DNA of 64,000 nt from an uncultured bacterium (GTDB taxonomy: Bacteria > Patescibacteriota > Minisyncoccia > Phycocordibacterales > GWA1-40-21). Positions 29,318-39,424 of this stretch are shown piece by piece. Within the stretch, counting starts at the first letter, position 1; every line of letters starts with the position of its first letter. The stretch lies in NCBI GenBank assembly GCA_903823865.1, contig CAIJUJ010000027.1, forward strand, positions 12,065 through 76,064, given 5' to 3'. The translations under genes and the position numbers were made by a program. The notes under the pieces are model-generated. The model was given only the letters and a program-made list of their open reading frames with translations. It did not search any database and was not told the origin of the DNA.

Positions 29318-29885
29318 TTTTTAATATAGTATCAAAAGTTGGCTGTAATTGTGATACAGCAGCCGTTGTTGAGGCATCAAATAAAAAAACATACATACTG
29401 TCATTAGAAATTACAGCATTTATATTTAACGAGTCTTTTCCCCATAACGATGAATAATAGGATACGCTAGGCTTACCAGCAATTTCAGTTTTTAAAAAAG
29501 TATTATTTGTACCAAGAGACTTTTGAAATTCACTAATCAAGAAACTCGATGGATCTATTTTTTCTTCGACTGTCATTGTTAAATGAGAATTTGTGATTAA
29601 TAATAAACCCATTTTATCTGCAGAAAAAGCTTCTACAACATATCCTTTTGAACGTGAACTTTGTTTCCAACCTTTTGGTATTGTAAAAGTTATATTTCCA
29701 TCTGTATATGTATATAGATTTGTTGTAGTAGAAAATACTGATCCTGTTGTATATTGAGTTTTTTTATTATTTATCTGATTTAAACCATAATAAAATAAAC
29801 TTCCAACAATAATAATTGATATAACAACTGTCCAAAGTGTTTTTGATTTTATAAATGATACATTTATTTTATCCATTATATTCAT
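29301..29885 (-). CDS. Hypothetical membrane-anchored protein.
   Basis: N-terminal TM. No motif recognised. Confidence 0.4.
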   Translation of the reverse strand: MNIMDKINVSFIKSKTLWTVVISIIIVGSLFYYGLNQINNKKTQYTTGSVFSTTTNLYTYTDGNITFTIPKGWKQSSRSKGYVVEAFSADKMGLLLITNSHLTMTVEEKIDPSSFLISEFQKSLGTNNTFLKTEIAGKPSVSYYSSLWGKDSLNINAVISNDSMYVFLFDASTTAAVSQLQPTFDTILKSVSFK

Positions 29886-29909
29886 AAATATTATTTAATG
29901 ATTAAATTA

Positions 29910-31007
29910 TTAAATTTTGAATTCAATAACATCTCCGTCTTTTACAATGTATTCTTTTCCTTCTGTGCGAACTAGCCCTTTTTCACGAGCAACTCCATAT
30001 GAACCAGAAACAAGAAGTTTGTCCCATTCTATAACTTCAGCACGAACAAATTTGTCTTTAAAATCACCGTGAATTGCAGTGCCTGCCATTGGAGCATTCC
30101 ATCCTTTCTTAATTGTCCAAGCGCGAGTTTCGTCTTCTCCTGTAGTAAAATAAGTAATAAGTCCAAGCAAATCATATCCAGCTTTTATTAAATCATTTAT
30201 TCCATCATCCTTCACGCCAAGTCCTTCTCTCATTTCTTTTTTGTCTGCACCTTCCAAATCTTTCAGCTCTTGTTCAATTGCAGCATCAACAATTACATAT
30301 TTTGCTTTTACTTCATTAAAAAATTTAATAAGTTTTTGATATCGCTCGTCATTTAATTCATCAAGATTTTTTCCACCGGCTTTTTTATTTAATATATAAA
30401 GTATCGGCTTCATTGTTATAAGACAAAGTTTGCTGACTTCAACAATTTCTTTGTCATCAAAACTAACCGTGCTTGCGAGCTTCCCAGCTTCCATTGCAAT
30501 TTTTAATTTTTCTATTGCACCATTTTCAATTATTGCTGACTTACTTCCTTTTTTTATTTCACTTCCTAAAGCACTTGCTCTTTTTGTGATTGTTTGTAAG
30601 TCCGCTAAAATAAGTTCAAGATTTATTGTTTCAATATCTGAAAGCGGGTCTATTTTATTTGCAACGTGAATAATATTATCATCTTCAAAAATTCGGACAA
30701 CTTCAGCAATGGCATCAGTCTCACGAATGTTTGTTAGAAATTTATTTCCCAATCCTTCTCCAGCAGAAGCACCTTTTACAAGACCTGCAATATCAACAAA
30801 TTCCACCGCCGCTGGCATGGTCTTTATTGACTTAGAAAAGGTTGATAGCTTAGCTATTCTCTCGTCTGGCACAGCTACAACCCCTACAGAAGGGTCTATA
30901 GTGCAAAAGGGATAGTTCTCACAAGCTACAGCTTTGCGAGTTAAGGCGTTAAATAACGTCGATTTACCAACGTTTGGTAGTCCAACGATTCCGATTGATA
31001 GTGACAT
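29910..31007 (-). CDS. ychF: Ribosome-binding ATPase YchF (Obg family).
   Basis: [20 protein letters not shown]1 motif, TGS C-terminal domain, 365 aa. Confidence 0.9.
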   Translation of the reverse strand: MSLSIGIVGLPNVGKSTLFNALTRKAVACENYPFCTIDPSVGVVAVPDERIAKLSTFSKSIKTMPAAVEFVDIAGLVKGASAGEGLGNKFLTNIRETDAIAEVVRIFEDDNIIHVANKIDPLSDIETINLELILADLQTITKRASALGSEIKKGSKSAIIENGAIEKLKIAMEAGKLASTVSFDDKEIVEVSKLCLITMKPILYILNKKAGGKNLDELNDERYQKLIKFFNEVKAKYVIVDAAIEQELKDLEGADKKEMREGLGVKDDGINDLIKAGYDLLGLITYFTTGEDETRAWTIKKGWNAPMAGTAIHGDFKDKFVRAEVIEWDKLLVSGSYGVAREKGLVRTEGKEYIVKDGDVIEFKI

Positions 31008-31052
31008 ATTTCAGTACTTTAACAGATTTTAGGGGAAAGATAAAGGAAAAAT

Positions 31053-31084
31053 AAAAGCTGGGCGGCCGAAGTCCGCCCAGCTTT
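31053..31084 (-). terminator. Terminator after the 1219-aa gene.
   Basis: agctgggcgg-ccgaagt-ccgcccagct. Confidence 0.65.
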
Positions 31085-31090
31085 ACTTAT

Positions 31091-34000
31091 TTATGATATC
31101 TTTTTCTTCAATATTTTTGAAACGTCACCCCTGTATTTCTTTAATCCATTAATTAGATTCTTTGCGTCAATAATTTTTATCTGTCTTGGACCAACAATTT
31201 CATATTTATTTATACCCAACCAGCCAAGAGCACTCTGGAATACTTGTTGGTGCCTATATGATTTATTTGAGGACCTAGAATAAAAATCTAAAACTAATTT
31301 ATCAGCACCGCTTACCCATGTCATAGCTTTTAATGTTCTATTAATTATAATCTCTATATCGGCAACGAGTTTTTTTACTACCTCTGGATCATCATAATCA
31401 ATTTCCTTATTATTTTCTGCAAAATTTGTTGTTCTGAGCTCATCTAAAGGGCCAAATTTATCCCACTGCTCCACTGGTGAAAGAGACCGTTTTATTGCTT
31501 CTTCTGCGCGGCGAGCAGATGTAATTAGCCTAGAAACTACCGCTCCAGCAAAACCAATTGAACGTTTATCTTTAGCACCCCGTCTCGCCGCCTTAATTGC
31601 CCTGCCTAAGTCAACATCTTCGCCCACTCCAATTTTTGAATAGCCATTTAGGGCCGCATAAATACTAGATTGAAAAGCAAAATTTGCACCAGATGACGCA
31701 ATTGTACTTTCGTCCCCACGTCTTAATATAACATCTACATATTGAAAGAATCTGGTACCAATGTGCACTAACGGATTTCTAGCATATGCCTCCAAACCCC
31801 AGTCTAGTTGACCCATATATGCATCAGTGTCAGGATTTTTTTCAAACTTTCTAATAAAATTGTCTATATATTCTGTCGCTATGCCTTCATTGTCAGCATC
31901 ATTACTTACTATTGCAAGTTTTGGAGCATCTTTTCCACGTAAAATATGTCTCTCTAAAACCGCGTCTGTGAGATACTTTCTCATAGTGCCAATTTTAACA
32001 TCTTTAATTGGAAATACTTTGTTCATAACTCTAATGTGTAGTTCTGGATGATCTTTTTTGAACCTTTGAATTTCTTTTGCGGTGTCATCTGGTAATACTT
32101 TTTTGCCGTTATAATCTGTATCCGGTTGGTTTACAAACAAAACGATTTCAAATTCATCTTTCTTAGCGGTCTGATTTAAATAATTTTCAAGAGTCTTATA
32201 TATATTTTTACCCTCCTGGTGGCCGGCAACGGGAACACATACTGAGAGTCTACATTTTGAATCCATTGGACCAGCTTCTTTTGTTAGCTCATCGATTATT
32301 TTTAAATCTTCAGGAGTTTGTCTAGACAAATAATCTTTAATTTCTTCCTTTTCATTAAGTTCGGCGTCTGGATTTTCCTTTAAAGCTTCGGACATGCGAC
32401 CTAAATAATTCTCCCTGTTAGCATCATTAAATCCATGATAGGGATAATCTAATTCCTCATGAGTTATTGGATTTCTCAATTGTTCTAGAGGTCCTCTGCC
32501 AAAGATAGGAATAGACAATGGAAAATCTACAATAGGAGCCACACTTTCTATTGATTGATTACCAAGTTCGGTGGCGATGATATTTACCACACTATTTCCA
32601 TCGGAAGCAGTACCAATATCTTGAGCAACCTCCATAAACTTTCCAGTAAATTGAAGTTGTCCATCTACAACTCTAAAAAGAGTTTTTCCAATAAAACTAT
32701 TTGGGTCAATTAGAACATGTCCATCGGTACCAATTGGTAATTCAGCCACACTATGCTGTGTACCAGCAGAAAGTGAAAAAAGCATTTTGAGATGACCGCC
32801 CACCATTAGGTCTTTTACTTTTGCAATTGCTCCGGCGTGAAATGAACCACTATTTGTCATATGTGATATATCGATATCATAAGAGTGACCGTTATCCATT
32901 AGGCCAGTATTATTAATTCCACCATACTGAATACCAAGTTCGTTAAGGTCGTGGACTTGAGTATTATTGTCATAAAACATTTCTCTGTGAATAGTGTGAA
33001 ATTCTGAAGAATTATTTGGAATTATTTGATGAGCAACTTCTTCAGTATGCTCCCCGATTATTTGTGTTCCAGCTGCAACGTGCTCATGCAAATTATTTGG
33101 ACCAAGATGATTTCCAAACCATTGTCTTATTCCCTCAAGTGCTGTCACGTGGCCTGCCCCCTTATTTATTCCAATAGCATGTTCGATCAAACCCTGTTGG
33201 TTTGCATTAAAGAATGACGATACTTCTTGAAATAAACCACCAATAACAAGTCCTGTCGTTACACCTTTCGTAACCGCACCTGCTATTTTTTTTATTTTTA
33301 ATTTTTTAAATATACGGTCCTTGTCATCTATACCACCGTCCCCGTCATACAAATTTCTATTCTGCAAATTCATTACTGATGCATATAATTCATCAAAAGT
33401 TTGATTGCCCGGTAAAGTCATGACTCCACTCTCAACTATATTCCTTAATTTTACTTTTGCCTCAGCACGAATAACATCAAGGTTAAGGCGTTCTTGTTCA
33501 ACTGATTTATAATCTGAGTATGAAATAAGATCAATTTTTTCTTTGTCTGATAATTGTATTCGTGACTCAGCTTCAGAAAGAGCGTCTACTGCAGCAAAAT
33601 AATCTTCTGGAGACTCTATTTTGCTTGATAATTGTTTAATAGAATCACATAATGATTTTGATGAAACTGTTTTATATATTGCACCTTCTAATTCAACTCG
33701 ACGCTTCATATCTTGTGTCATCTCCTTACCCTTAGCTCTTTCTCTGGCGTGTTGTTTTCTTTCTTCTGTTATTCTCAAACTTTCTTTTGCACCAGCAACA
33801 GCTCCAGTTAATGCAGCTGAACCAAGACCAAATGTAACTGGGGCTAATACTTTATTAGCTCCAAATCTAGAAAGTTTAGCAACAGCTGAATATGCGAGTG
33901 CAACACCGACGGCTACCGTTGTCTCATTTACAAATCTACCGATTCCTGTGGAATGCATTTTATCAATTATCTTATCTACAGTATTCATCTTTGCTTCGGA

Positions 34001-34750
34001 TCTTACACCGGCTTTCGCTTTACCAACAATAATTTCGACTTCTTGATCTATTTCATCAATATCAGCGTGGTGTTCATATGCCAGTTTTGCCTCCTTTGCA
34101 ATCTGAAATAAGTTATCTGTATAACGAACTGTATTTTTTAGTTCTTTTCCGCTTAAACCAAGTGTGATAGAAAGAATTTTATTTCTTTCATCACTAAAAA
34201 TTTTATCATCAATTTTACCTTCAGCATAAGAGCGAATTAGACTACGAACGGAAGAGTTTAATTGTGAGTTCTCTGCTTCGCTTGAATCTAAAATTTCTCT
34301 TTCTTCACCAGCTTCAGTGTGTATAGTTTCGTCGTACTCAGAAATAAACCTGTCTACAATTGCCCCCATCGCTTGATCATGTGCTGTTTTATCTGTGTTA
34401 TTTTCTCCTATATAAATATTTCCTGAATTTTTTATTTCGTCTTTGGCTTTATAGTATTCCTTTTGTCTATACATCTCACGGGCAATATTACCCTTCCAAA
34501 TATTATTTTTGGTATATTCCCATACAGCAGATGCTTTCTCAGACATTTTTAAATGAGAAAAATCTTTAAATTTCTCACTAAGTTTTTTATTCGTTTCTGT
34601 TTTAGATGTTGTTAATCTTTCCTCAGCAATATCACGTGCTTGAGACTCAACAATGTCACCACTGTCAACAATAACAATTTTTCTCTTTTTTGTTTTTTTA
34701 ACTTCCTGTTCCTTTATCGGTCCTGAGTTATTTAATGATTCTGATGTCAT
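31091..34750 (-). CDS. Giant (1219-aa) multidomain protein: charged/coiled N-terminal region, central hydrophobic segments, C-terminal GT-A-fold (family-2-like) glycosyltransferase-like domain.
   Basis: C-terminal LSVCVPVAGHQEG (GT2-like first strand) and LAIVSNDADNEG (DxD). Central Gly/Ala-rich hydrophobic stretch (VAVGVALAYSAVA...VTFGLGSAALTGAVAGA). No other assignable domains. Confidence 0.55.
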   Translation of the reverse strand: MTSESLNNSGPIKEQEVKKTKKRKIVIVDSGDIVESQARDIAEERLTTSKTETNKKLSEKFKDFSHLKMSEKASAVWEYTKNNIWKGNIAREMYRQKEYYKAKDEIKNSGNIYIGENNTDKTAHDQAMGAIVDRFISEYDETIHTEAGEEREILDSSEAENSQLNSSVRSLIRSYAEGKIDDKIFSDERNKILSITLGLSGKELKNTVRYTDNLFQIAKEAKLAYEHHADIDEIDQEVEIIVGKAKAGVRSEAKMNTVDKIIDKMHSTGIGRFVNETTVAVGVALAYSAVAKLSRFGANKVLAPVTFGLGSAALTGAVAGAKESLRITEERKQHARERAKGKEMTQDMKRRVELEGAIYKTVSSKSLCDSIKQLSSKIESPEDYFAAVDALSEAESRIQLSDKEKIDLISYSDYKSVEQERLNLDVIRAEAKVKLRNIVESGVMTLPGNQTFDELYASVMNLQNRNLYDGDGGIDDKDRIFKKLKIKKIAGAVTKGVTTGLVIGGLFQEVSSFFNANQQGLIEHAIGINKGAGHVTALEGIRQWFGNHLGPNNLHEHVAAGTQIIGEHTEEVAHQIIPNNSSEFHTIHREMFYDNNTQVHDLNELGIQYGGINNTGLMDNGHSYDIDISHMTNSGSFHAGAIAKVKDLMVGGHLKMLFSLSAGTQHSVAELPIGTDGHVLIDPNSFIGKTLFRVVDGQLQFTGKFMEVAQDIGTASDGNSVVNIIATELGNQSIESVAPIVDFPLSIPIFGRGPLEQLRNPITHEELDYPYHGFNDANRENYLGRMSEALKENPDAELNEKEEIKDYLSRQTPEDLKIIDELTKEAGPMDSKCRLSVCVPVAGHQEGKNIYKTLENYLNQTAKKDEFEIVLFVNQPDTDYNGKKVLPDDTAKEIQRFKKDHPELHIRVMNKVFPIKDVKIGTMRKYLTDAVLERHILRGKDAPKLAIVSNDADNEGIATEYIDNFIRKFEKNPDTDAYMGQLDWGLEAYARNPLVHIGTRFFQYVDVILRRGDESTIASSGANFAFQSSIYAALNGYSKIGVGEDVDLGRAIKAARRGAKDKRSIGFAGAVVSRLITSARRAEEAIKRSLSPVEQWDKFGPLDELRTTNFAENNKEIDYDDPEVVKKLVADIEIIINRTLKAMTWVSGADKLVLDFYSRSSNKSYRHQQVFQSALGWLGINKYEIVGPRQIKIIDAKNLINGLKKYRGDVSKILKKKIS

Positions 34751-34766
34751 GGTATTTTGGGGATGA

Positions 34767-35072
34767 TTAATTTAACACATTTGCTAAATATATCTCTCGT
34801 AATCTCAATAGAGCACCAGCGACAACTTCATCTAAATTCTTTATATGTTTACTACAAAATTCTTGAATTTCACTATCATTTCCCTTATCGATTTTTTTCT
34901 CGAAATCAGCAAGCTTGTCTTTTGGCATATTGTTTACCATCTCAGCTATAATAATGTTTTCAGCTCTTTCTACAAGATCGTGCCTTAACTGGTCCATTAA
35001 CTCTTTGGACAAACCAGTAATACCTTTGTCTTTTATGAGCTGAGCTGCAAAATCATCGATATTGTATTTCAT
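34767..35072 (-). CDS. Hypothetical 101-aa protein 16 nt upstream of the giant gene, probably co-transcribed.
   Basis: ORF only, helical and charged. Confidence 0.4.
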   Translation of the reverse strand: MKYNIDDFAAQLIKDKGITGLSKELMDQLRHDLVERAENIIIAEMVNNMPKDKLADFEKKIDKGNDSEIQEFCSKHIKNLDEVVAGALLRLREIYLANVLN

Positions 35073-35231
35073 ATAAATATATAATTAATAAATGATAATG
35101 ATTAAATTATATAGTGCTCACCAAATATTGTAAAGTAAAAATATTATTTATACGTGATGAAATATGGCTTAAATTGGGCATAATTATAGAAAAGGGTGGT
35201 TGAAAATTGACTCCTTATATTTGTCATTAGT

Positions 35232-37016
35232 TTAAATAAACCCACTTACCTGTAAATCCCAAAGATTCTTGTACAGGCCACTTTCTTTATTTGCTAATTC
35301 ATCATGTGTTCCATCTTCAACAATCAATCCTTTTTCCATAGAAATTATTCTATCCATTTTTCTTATTGTCGAAAGTCTGTGAGCAATTACAATTGTTGTA
35401 GAATTTTCCATCAAATGTTTCAAGGCATCTTGTATTAGTGATTCAGAATATGAATCTAAACTAGATGTCGCCTCATCAAAAATAAGTATTGGTGCTTTTT
35501 TCAATATTGCTCTTGCGATTGCAACTCTCTGTCTTTCACCACCAGAAAGTTTAATTCCCCTTTCTCCAACATATGTGTCATATTTTAGTGGCAAACTTTC
35601 TATAAACTCATCACAGTGAGCAAGCTTTGCAGCCTTTTTGACTTCTTCATCAGTTGCCTTTCTATTACCATAACGAATATTTTCAAGAAGTGTTCTATGA
35701 AATAGAACTGGGTCTTGTGGAACAAAACTAATATGCTCACGTAGACTATCTTGCGTCACAGCGCTTATATCTTGACCGTCAATACAAATTGAACCCGCTG
35801 TTAAATTATATAGTCTCATTATAAGTCTTACTAAAGTTGTTTTTCCTGCACCAGAGTGTCCAACGATTGCAACTTTCTCTCTTGGTTTTATTACAAGATC
35901 TAAGTTATCAAGGATATTTGTATCTTTGTTAAATTTAAATGTCACACCCCTGAATTCTATTTCACCTTTTTTAATAATAAGCTTTTTTGCATTTGGTATA
36001 TCTTCTATCTCATATCTGGTAAGTAAAATATCTACCATCTCTTTAGAATCTGCGATACTTTGATAGAAATTACGAATAGTTTTATTTAATCCCCAAAGTT
36101 GTTGCGACAAACCAATAATATATGTTTGGCCAAGTACAAATGTACCAATACTTATCAAACCAACTTTCCAATACTTAATAGCAAAATAAAATACCAAAAA
36201 CTCAACTATGGTAATAAGAAAAACCTGCACAACATCAGAAATATTTCCTAACTGCCAAGAAAATAAATATTTTTTTGCCTGATCATTTGAGACATCTTTG
36301 AAGCCTTTTGATTCATAATTATGGCCAGTAAAAAATGTTACGGCATTGTTATTTGTAATAGAATCTGATAAATAACCAGTGGTTAAAGAATCAGCAGCCG
36401 CAACCAACTTATCATATTTAATTTTCCAAGTAGAAAATATTATACTAAATATTACATAGATAATAACCCATATTAATAGAATGATTGCAAATACTGGTGC
36501 AATAAACCAAGTCACGATAATTGAACCAAAAACAGTAACAACAAGAGGCATAAAATTATATACCAAGCCATCACTTATGTTTTCAAAGGCACGGCTAAAG
36601 CGCCCAACTTTTTGAACAAGACTACCAGAAAAATTATTTGTAAAAAATGAGTGTGAATGTTTTATTAAATAATCAAACGAAATTTGCTTTAGACGCGCCA
36701 TGACCTTTGAAACCGTTGGTAGATAGAAGTAATTTGCTACTTGCCAACAAGCTTGGTCAGCAAAATTCAAAATTAAAATTAAAATTATAATATGGATTAA
36801 TTTTGGTGCTGTGATATTTACATCATTAGATTTACCTATAACATCGAAGAAATTCTTGTAAAATAGTGGGACAATAACCATAATTATTCTCGAAACAAAG
36901 AAAAAAAACACACCAGAAAAAAGCGATGGTTTTAAATTTCCTATTCCATACCAAAATTGAACAAGTATTTCTCTAATCGTAGTTTCACTTATTTTTTTGT
37001 TATTATTGTTTGTCAT
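35232..37016 (-). CDS. ABC exporter, fused TMD-NBD (MsbA/ABCB-like).
   Basis: Six-TM N-terminal half. Walker A GHSGAGKTT, signature [14 protein letters not shown], Walker B ILIFDEATSSLD. Confidence 0.85.
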   Translation of the reverse strand: MTNNNNKKISETTIREILVQFWYGIGNLKPSLFSGVFFFFVSRIIMVIVPLFYKNFFDVIGKSNDVNITAPKLIHIIILILILNFADQACWQVANYFYLPTVSKVMARLKQISFDYLIKHSHSFFTNNFSGSLVQKVGRFSRAFENISDGLVYNFMPLVVTVFGSIIVTWFIAPVFAIILLIWVIIYVIFSIIFSTWKIKYDKLVAAADSLTTGYLSDSITNNNAVTFFTGHNYESKGFKDVSNDQAKKYLFSWQLGNISDVVQVFLITIVEFLVFYFAIKYWKVGLISIGTFVLGQTYIIGLSQQLWGLNKTIRNFYQSIADSKEMVDILLTRYEIEDIPNAKKLIIKKGEIEFRGVTFKFNKDTNILDNLDLVIKPREKVAIVGHSGAGKTTLVRLIMRLYNLTAGSICIDGQDISAVTQDSLREHISFVPQDPVLFHRTLLENIRYGNRKATDEEVKKAAKLAHCDEFIESLPLKYDTYVGERGIKLSGGERQRVAIARAILKKAPILIFDEATSSLDSYSESLIQDALKHLMENSTTIVIAHRLSTIRKMDRIISMEKGLIVEDGTHDELANKESGLYKNLWDLQVSGFI

Positions 37017-37086
37017 TTGCCGTAAAATATCAGACGACCATGATTGGCCGTCTAATTTATTAAGAAACTTTTATTATGGTTATGAT

Positions 37087-37314
37087 TTACATCATGAGTT
37101 TTCTTAACTCATCCTGATGTTTTCGCATCACTTCCATCGAGGCTGCGGTCTTGCTTTTTCCTTCTTTTACTTTCTGTTCAATTTCTTTTGCAATATTCTC
37201 AAAAAATTGTGGGTCCTTTTCTATAGCTCCCATCATCATGTCTTGCTGTTCTTTTGGAACACCTTTCATTTGAGATTTTATTGCATGCTTCATTAAAAAT
37301 GTTTTTAGTCCCAT
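37087..37314 (-). CDS. Hypothetical 75-aa helical protein with terminator-like hairpins on both sides.
   Basis: ORF only. Hairpins at about 37030-37060 and 37340-37380. Confidence 0.35.
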   Translation of the reverse strand: MGLKTFLMKHAIKSQMKGVPKEQQDMMMGAIEKDPQFFENIAKEIEQKVKEGKSKTAASMEVMRKHQDELRKLMM

Positions 37315-37427
37315 GTTTATTTTTGATTATTTTATAACTATATATTTATATCATAAATGGTGGATTTTTGCGAAGCAAAAATCCACCATTTATTTTTCTT
37401 TATAACTTTAAATTTTATAGATAAATA

Positions 37428-38660
37428 TCACTCATACCGAAGCGCCTCCATTGGACTCTTTTTTGAAGCTTGATTTGCTGGATAAATACCAAAAACTAAA
37501 CCAACGAGTCCAGCCACCACAACACCGAGAATTGCGGCACTCCATGGAAATACAAAACTCCAATCAAGTTTAATTACTGATGTTAAAATAATAGATATGA
37601 CATACGATAAAGATGCTCCCAAAATAATCCCTATAATGCCACCAGAAGCTGTAAGTATAACCGCTTCGAGTAAAAATTGGGTTAAAATATCTTTACCTGT
37701 TGCACCGATTGCTTTTCTCAAACCAATTTCTCTCGTTCTTTCGGTTACGGAAACCAACATAATATTCATGATTCCAATTCCACCAACGACAAGAGATATG
37801 GCGGCAACTGCCGCTAAAAATGCAGTGAGTGCATCAGTGATTGTGGATAAAGTCGCCGCAACATCAGCTGAGGTTGTGACAGAAAAATCATCTTTTGCTG
37901 GATCAGTAATATTGTGAGAATTTCGCAAAGTTATAGTCACATCTTGAACTGTGGATTTTAGATTTGCTTCAGTATCAGTTTCAACAACAATTCTACTGTA
38001 ATATTTCGTACCAGTAATATACTGTTGTACTGTGGTATATGGCATAAAAACAGAATCATCAAAACTTGAAGAAGAACCCTTTTCAGGTAAAACACCAATA
38101 ACCTTAAATGTATTATTTTTAATTCTAATTTTTTGACCTACAGCATCGTCACCATCAAAAAGGTGTTGTTTAACTTTGTAACCTATAACAACAACTGATG
38201 ACAAACTCTGTACGTCTTGATCTGAGAAAAAAGTTCCTCTATCGGGATTTAAACTAAAAATTTCTGGAACAAGCTCACCAGAACCAAAAACAGATACTTG
38301 GTAAACATTGCTACCATAAACTGCTTTTCCAGCTCCTACCACCATTGGCATGACATATTTTGCATGAGGAACATTTGTTTTATTTTTTATTAAATTTAAA
38401 TCTTTTTCTTTAAGCGAATCATTCATCGTTTGTGAAGCCATTGATGGTCCAAAAGAAATTTTCCCTGGCAAAACAATAACTGTTGTAGCTCCCAAACCTT
38501 TTACTTGTCCTAAAATAAGATTTTGTGCTCCTTGCCCAAGTGACATAACTAAAATAATTGACGTAATACCAATGACAATTCCAACAATAGTCAAAGCTGA
38601 GCGCGATTTGTGCGTTGTAAGTCCTGTCACTGCTGTTTTTATACTGTATCGTAATTTCAT
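37428..38660 (-). CDS. MacB/FtsX-family ABC permease.
   Basis: N-terminal TM, large periplasmic domain, C-terminal FtsX-like three-TM bundle. Confidence 0.8.
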   Translation of the reverse strand: MKLRYSIKTAVTGLTTHKSRSALTIVGIVIGITSIILVMSLGQGAQNLILGQVKGLGATTVIVLPGKISFGPSMASQTMNDSLKEKDLNLIKNKTNVPHAKYVMPMVVGAGKAVYGSNVYQVSVFGSGELVPEIFSLNPDRGTFFSDQDVQSLSSVVVIGYKVKQHLFDGDDAVGQKIRIKNNTFKVIGVLPEKGSSSSFDDSVFMPYTTVQQYITGTKYYSRIVVETDTEANLKSTVQDVTITLRNSHNITDPAKDDFSVTTSADVAATLSTITDALTAFLAAVAAISLVVGGIGIMNIMLVSVTERTREIGLRKAIGATGKDILTQFLLEAVILTASGGIIGIILGASLSYVISIILTSVIKLDWSFVFPWSAAILGVVVAGLVGLVFGIYPANQASKKSPMEALRYE

Positions 38661-38662
38661 TT

Positions 38663-39424
38663 TTATTTTATAAATTTATCTGAAACTGTTTTTCTATTTG
38701 TAACTTGTTCATCACTTGCAATTTGACCATCAAGTAGACGAATAATTCTTTGTGCATATTCCGCTGTGTATGTTTCGTGAGTAATGAGAATAATTGTGTG
38801 GCCTTTTTCAGTATTTAATTTTTGAATAATTTCAATAATAGCTTGACCAGATTTTGAATCAAGATTACCAGTTGGTTCATCGGCAAAAATAACTTCAGGT
38901 GAAGTTACAAGCGCACGAGCAATAGCAACTCTTTGCTTTTCTCCACCAGAAAGCTGAACAGCAAGGTGATGCATACGATGTGCGAGACCAACAGAAATAA
39001 CGGCTTCTTCTGCAAGTTTGTTCCACTCTGATTCTGGTTTGTCAGAATAAATTAAAGGTAATTTAACATTCTGTAAAACCGTTTCGTGTGGCAGAAGATT
39101 GAACGCTTGAAAAACAAATCCCATTTTTGAATTTCTAATTTTTGCAATTTCAATTTGGTCATATTCGCCAAGATTTTTTCCAGAAAAATTATAAGTACCT
39201 TCAGTATGATTATCCAGGAGTCCAAGAATTTGTAGTAGGGTTGATTTACCAGAACCAGAAGGTCCCATAATCGCCACAAACTCCCCTTTTTTTATTTCAA
39301 TAGAAACACCACGAAGAGCTTCCGTTTTTGTGCCCTCGCTATCATAAACTTTCCAAATATTTTTTGTTTCTATTAGAGCCACGGGGTTATAAGTTTGGTG
39401 ATGCCAATATTTTATCACCTTCAT
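38663..39424 (-). CDS. ABC transporter ATP-binding protein (MacB/LolD type).
   Basis: [35 protein letters not shown]. Confidence 0.9.
   Translation of the reverse strand: MKVIKYWHHQTYNPVALIETKNIWKVYDSEGTKTEALRGVSIEIKKGEFVAIMGPSGSGKSTLLQILGLLDNHTEGTYNFSGKNLGEYDQIEIAKIRNSKMGFVFQAFNLLPHETVLQNVKLPLIYSDKPESEWNKLAEEAVISVGLAHRMHHLAVQLSGGEKQRVAIARALVTSPEVIFADEPTGNLDSKSGQAIIEIIQKLNTEKGHTIILITHETYTAEYAQRIIRLLDGQIASDEQVTNRKTVSDKFIK

Noticed and set aside
37087-37314. 75-aa ORF as a bacteriocin or secreted peptide substrate of the adjacent ABC/HlyD genes.
   Set aside because: No double-glycine leader or signal peptide. The exporter lacks a C39 peptidase domain. Kept only as a hypothetical protein.
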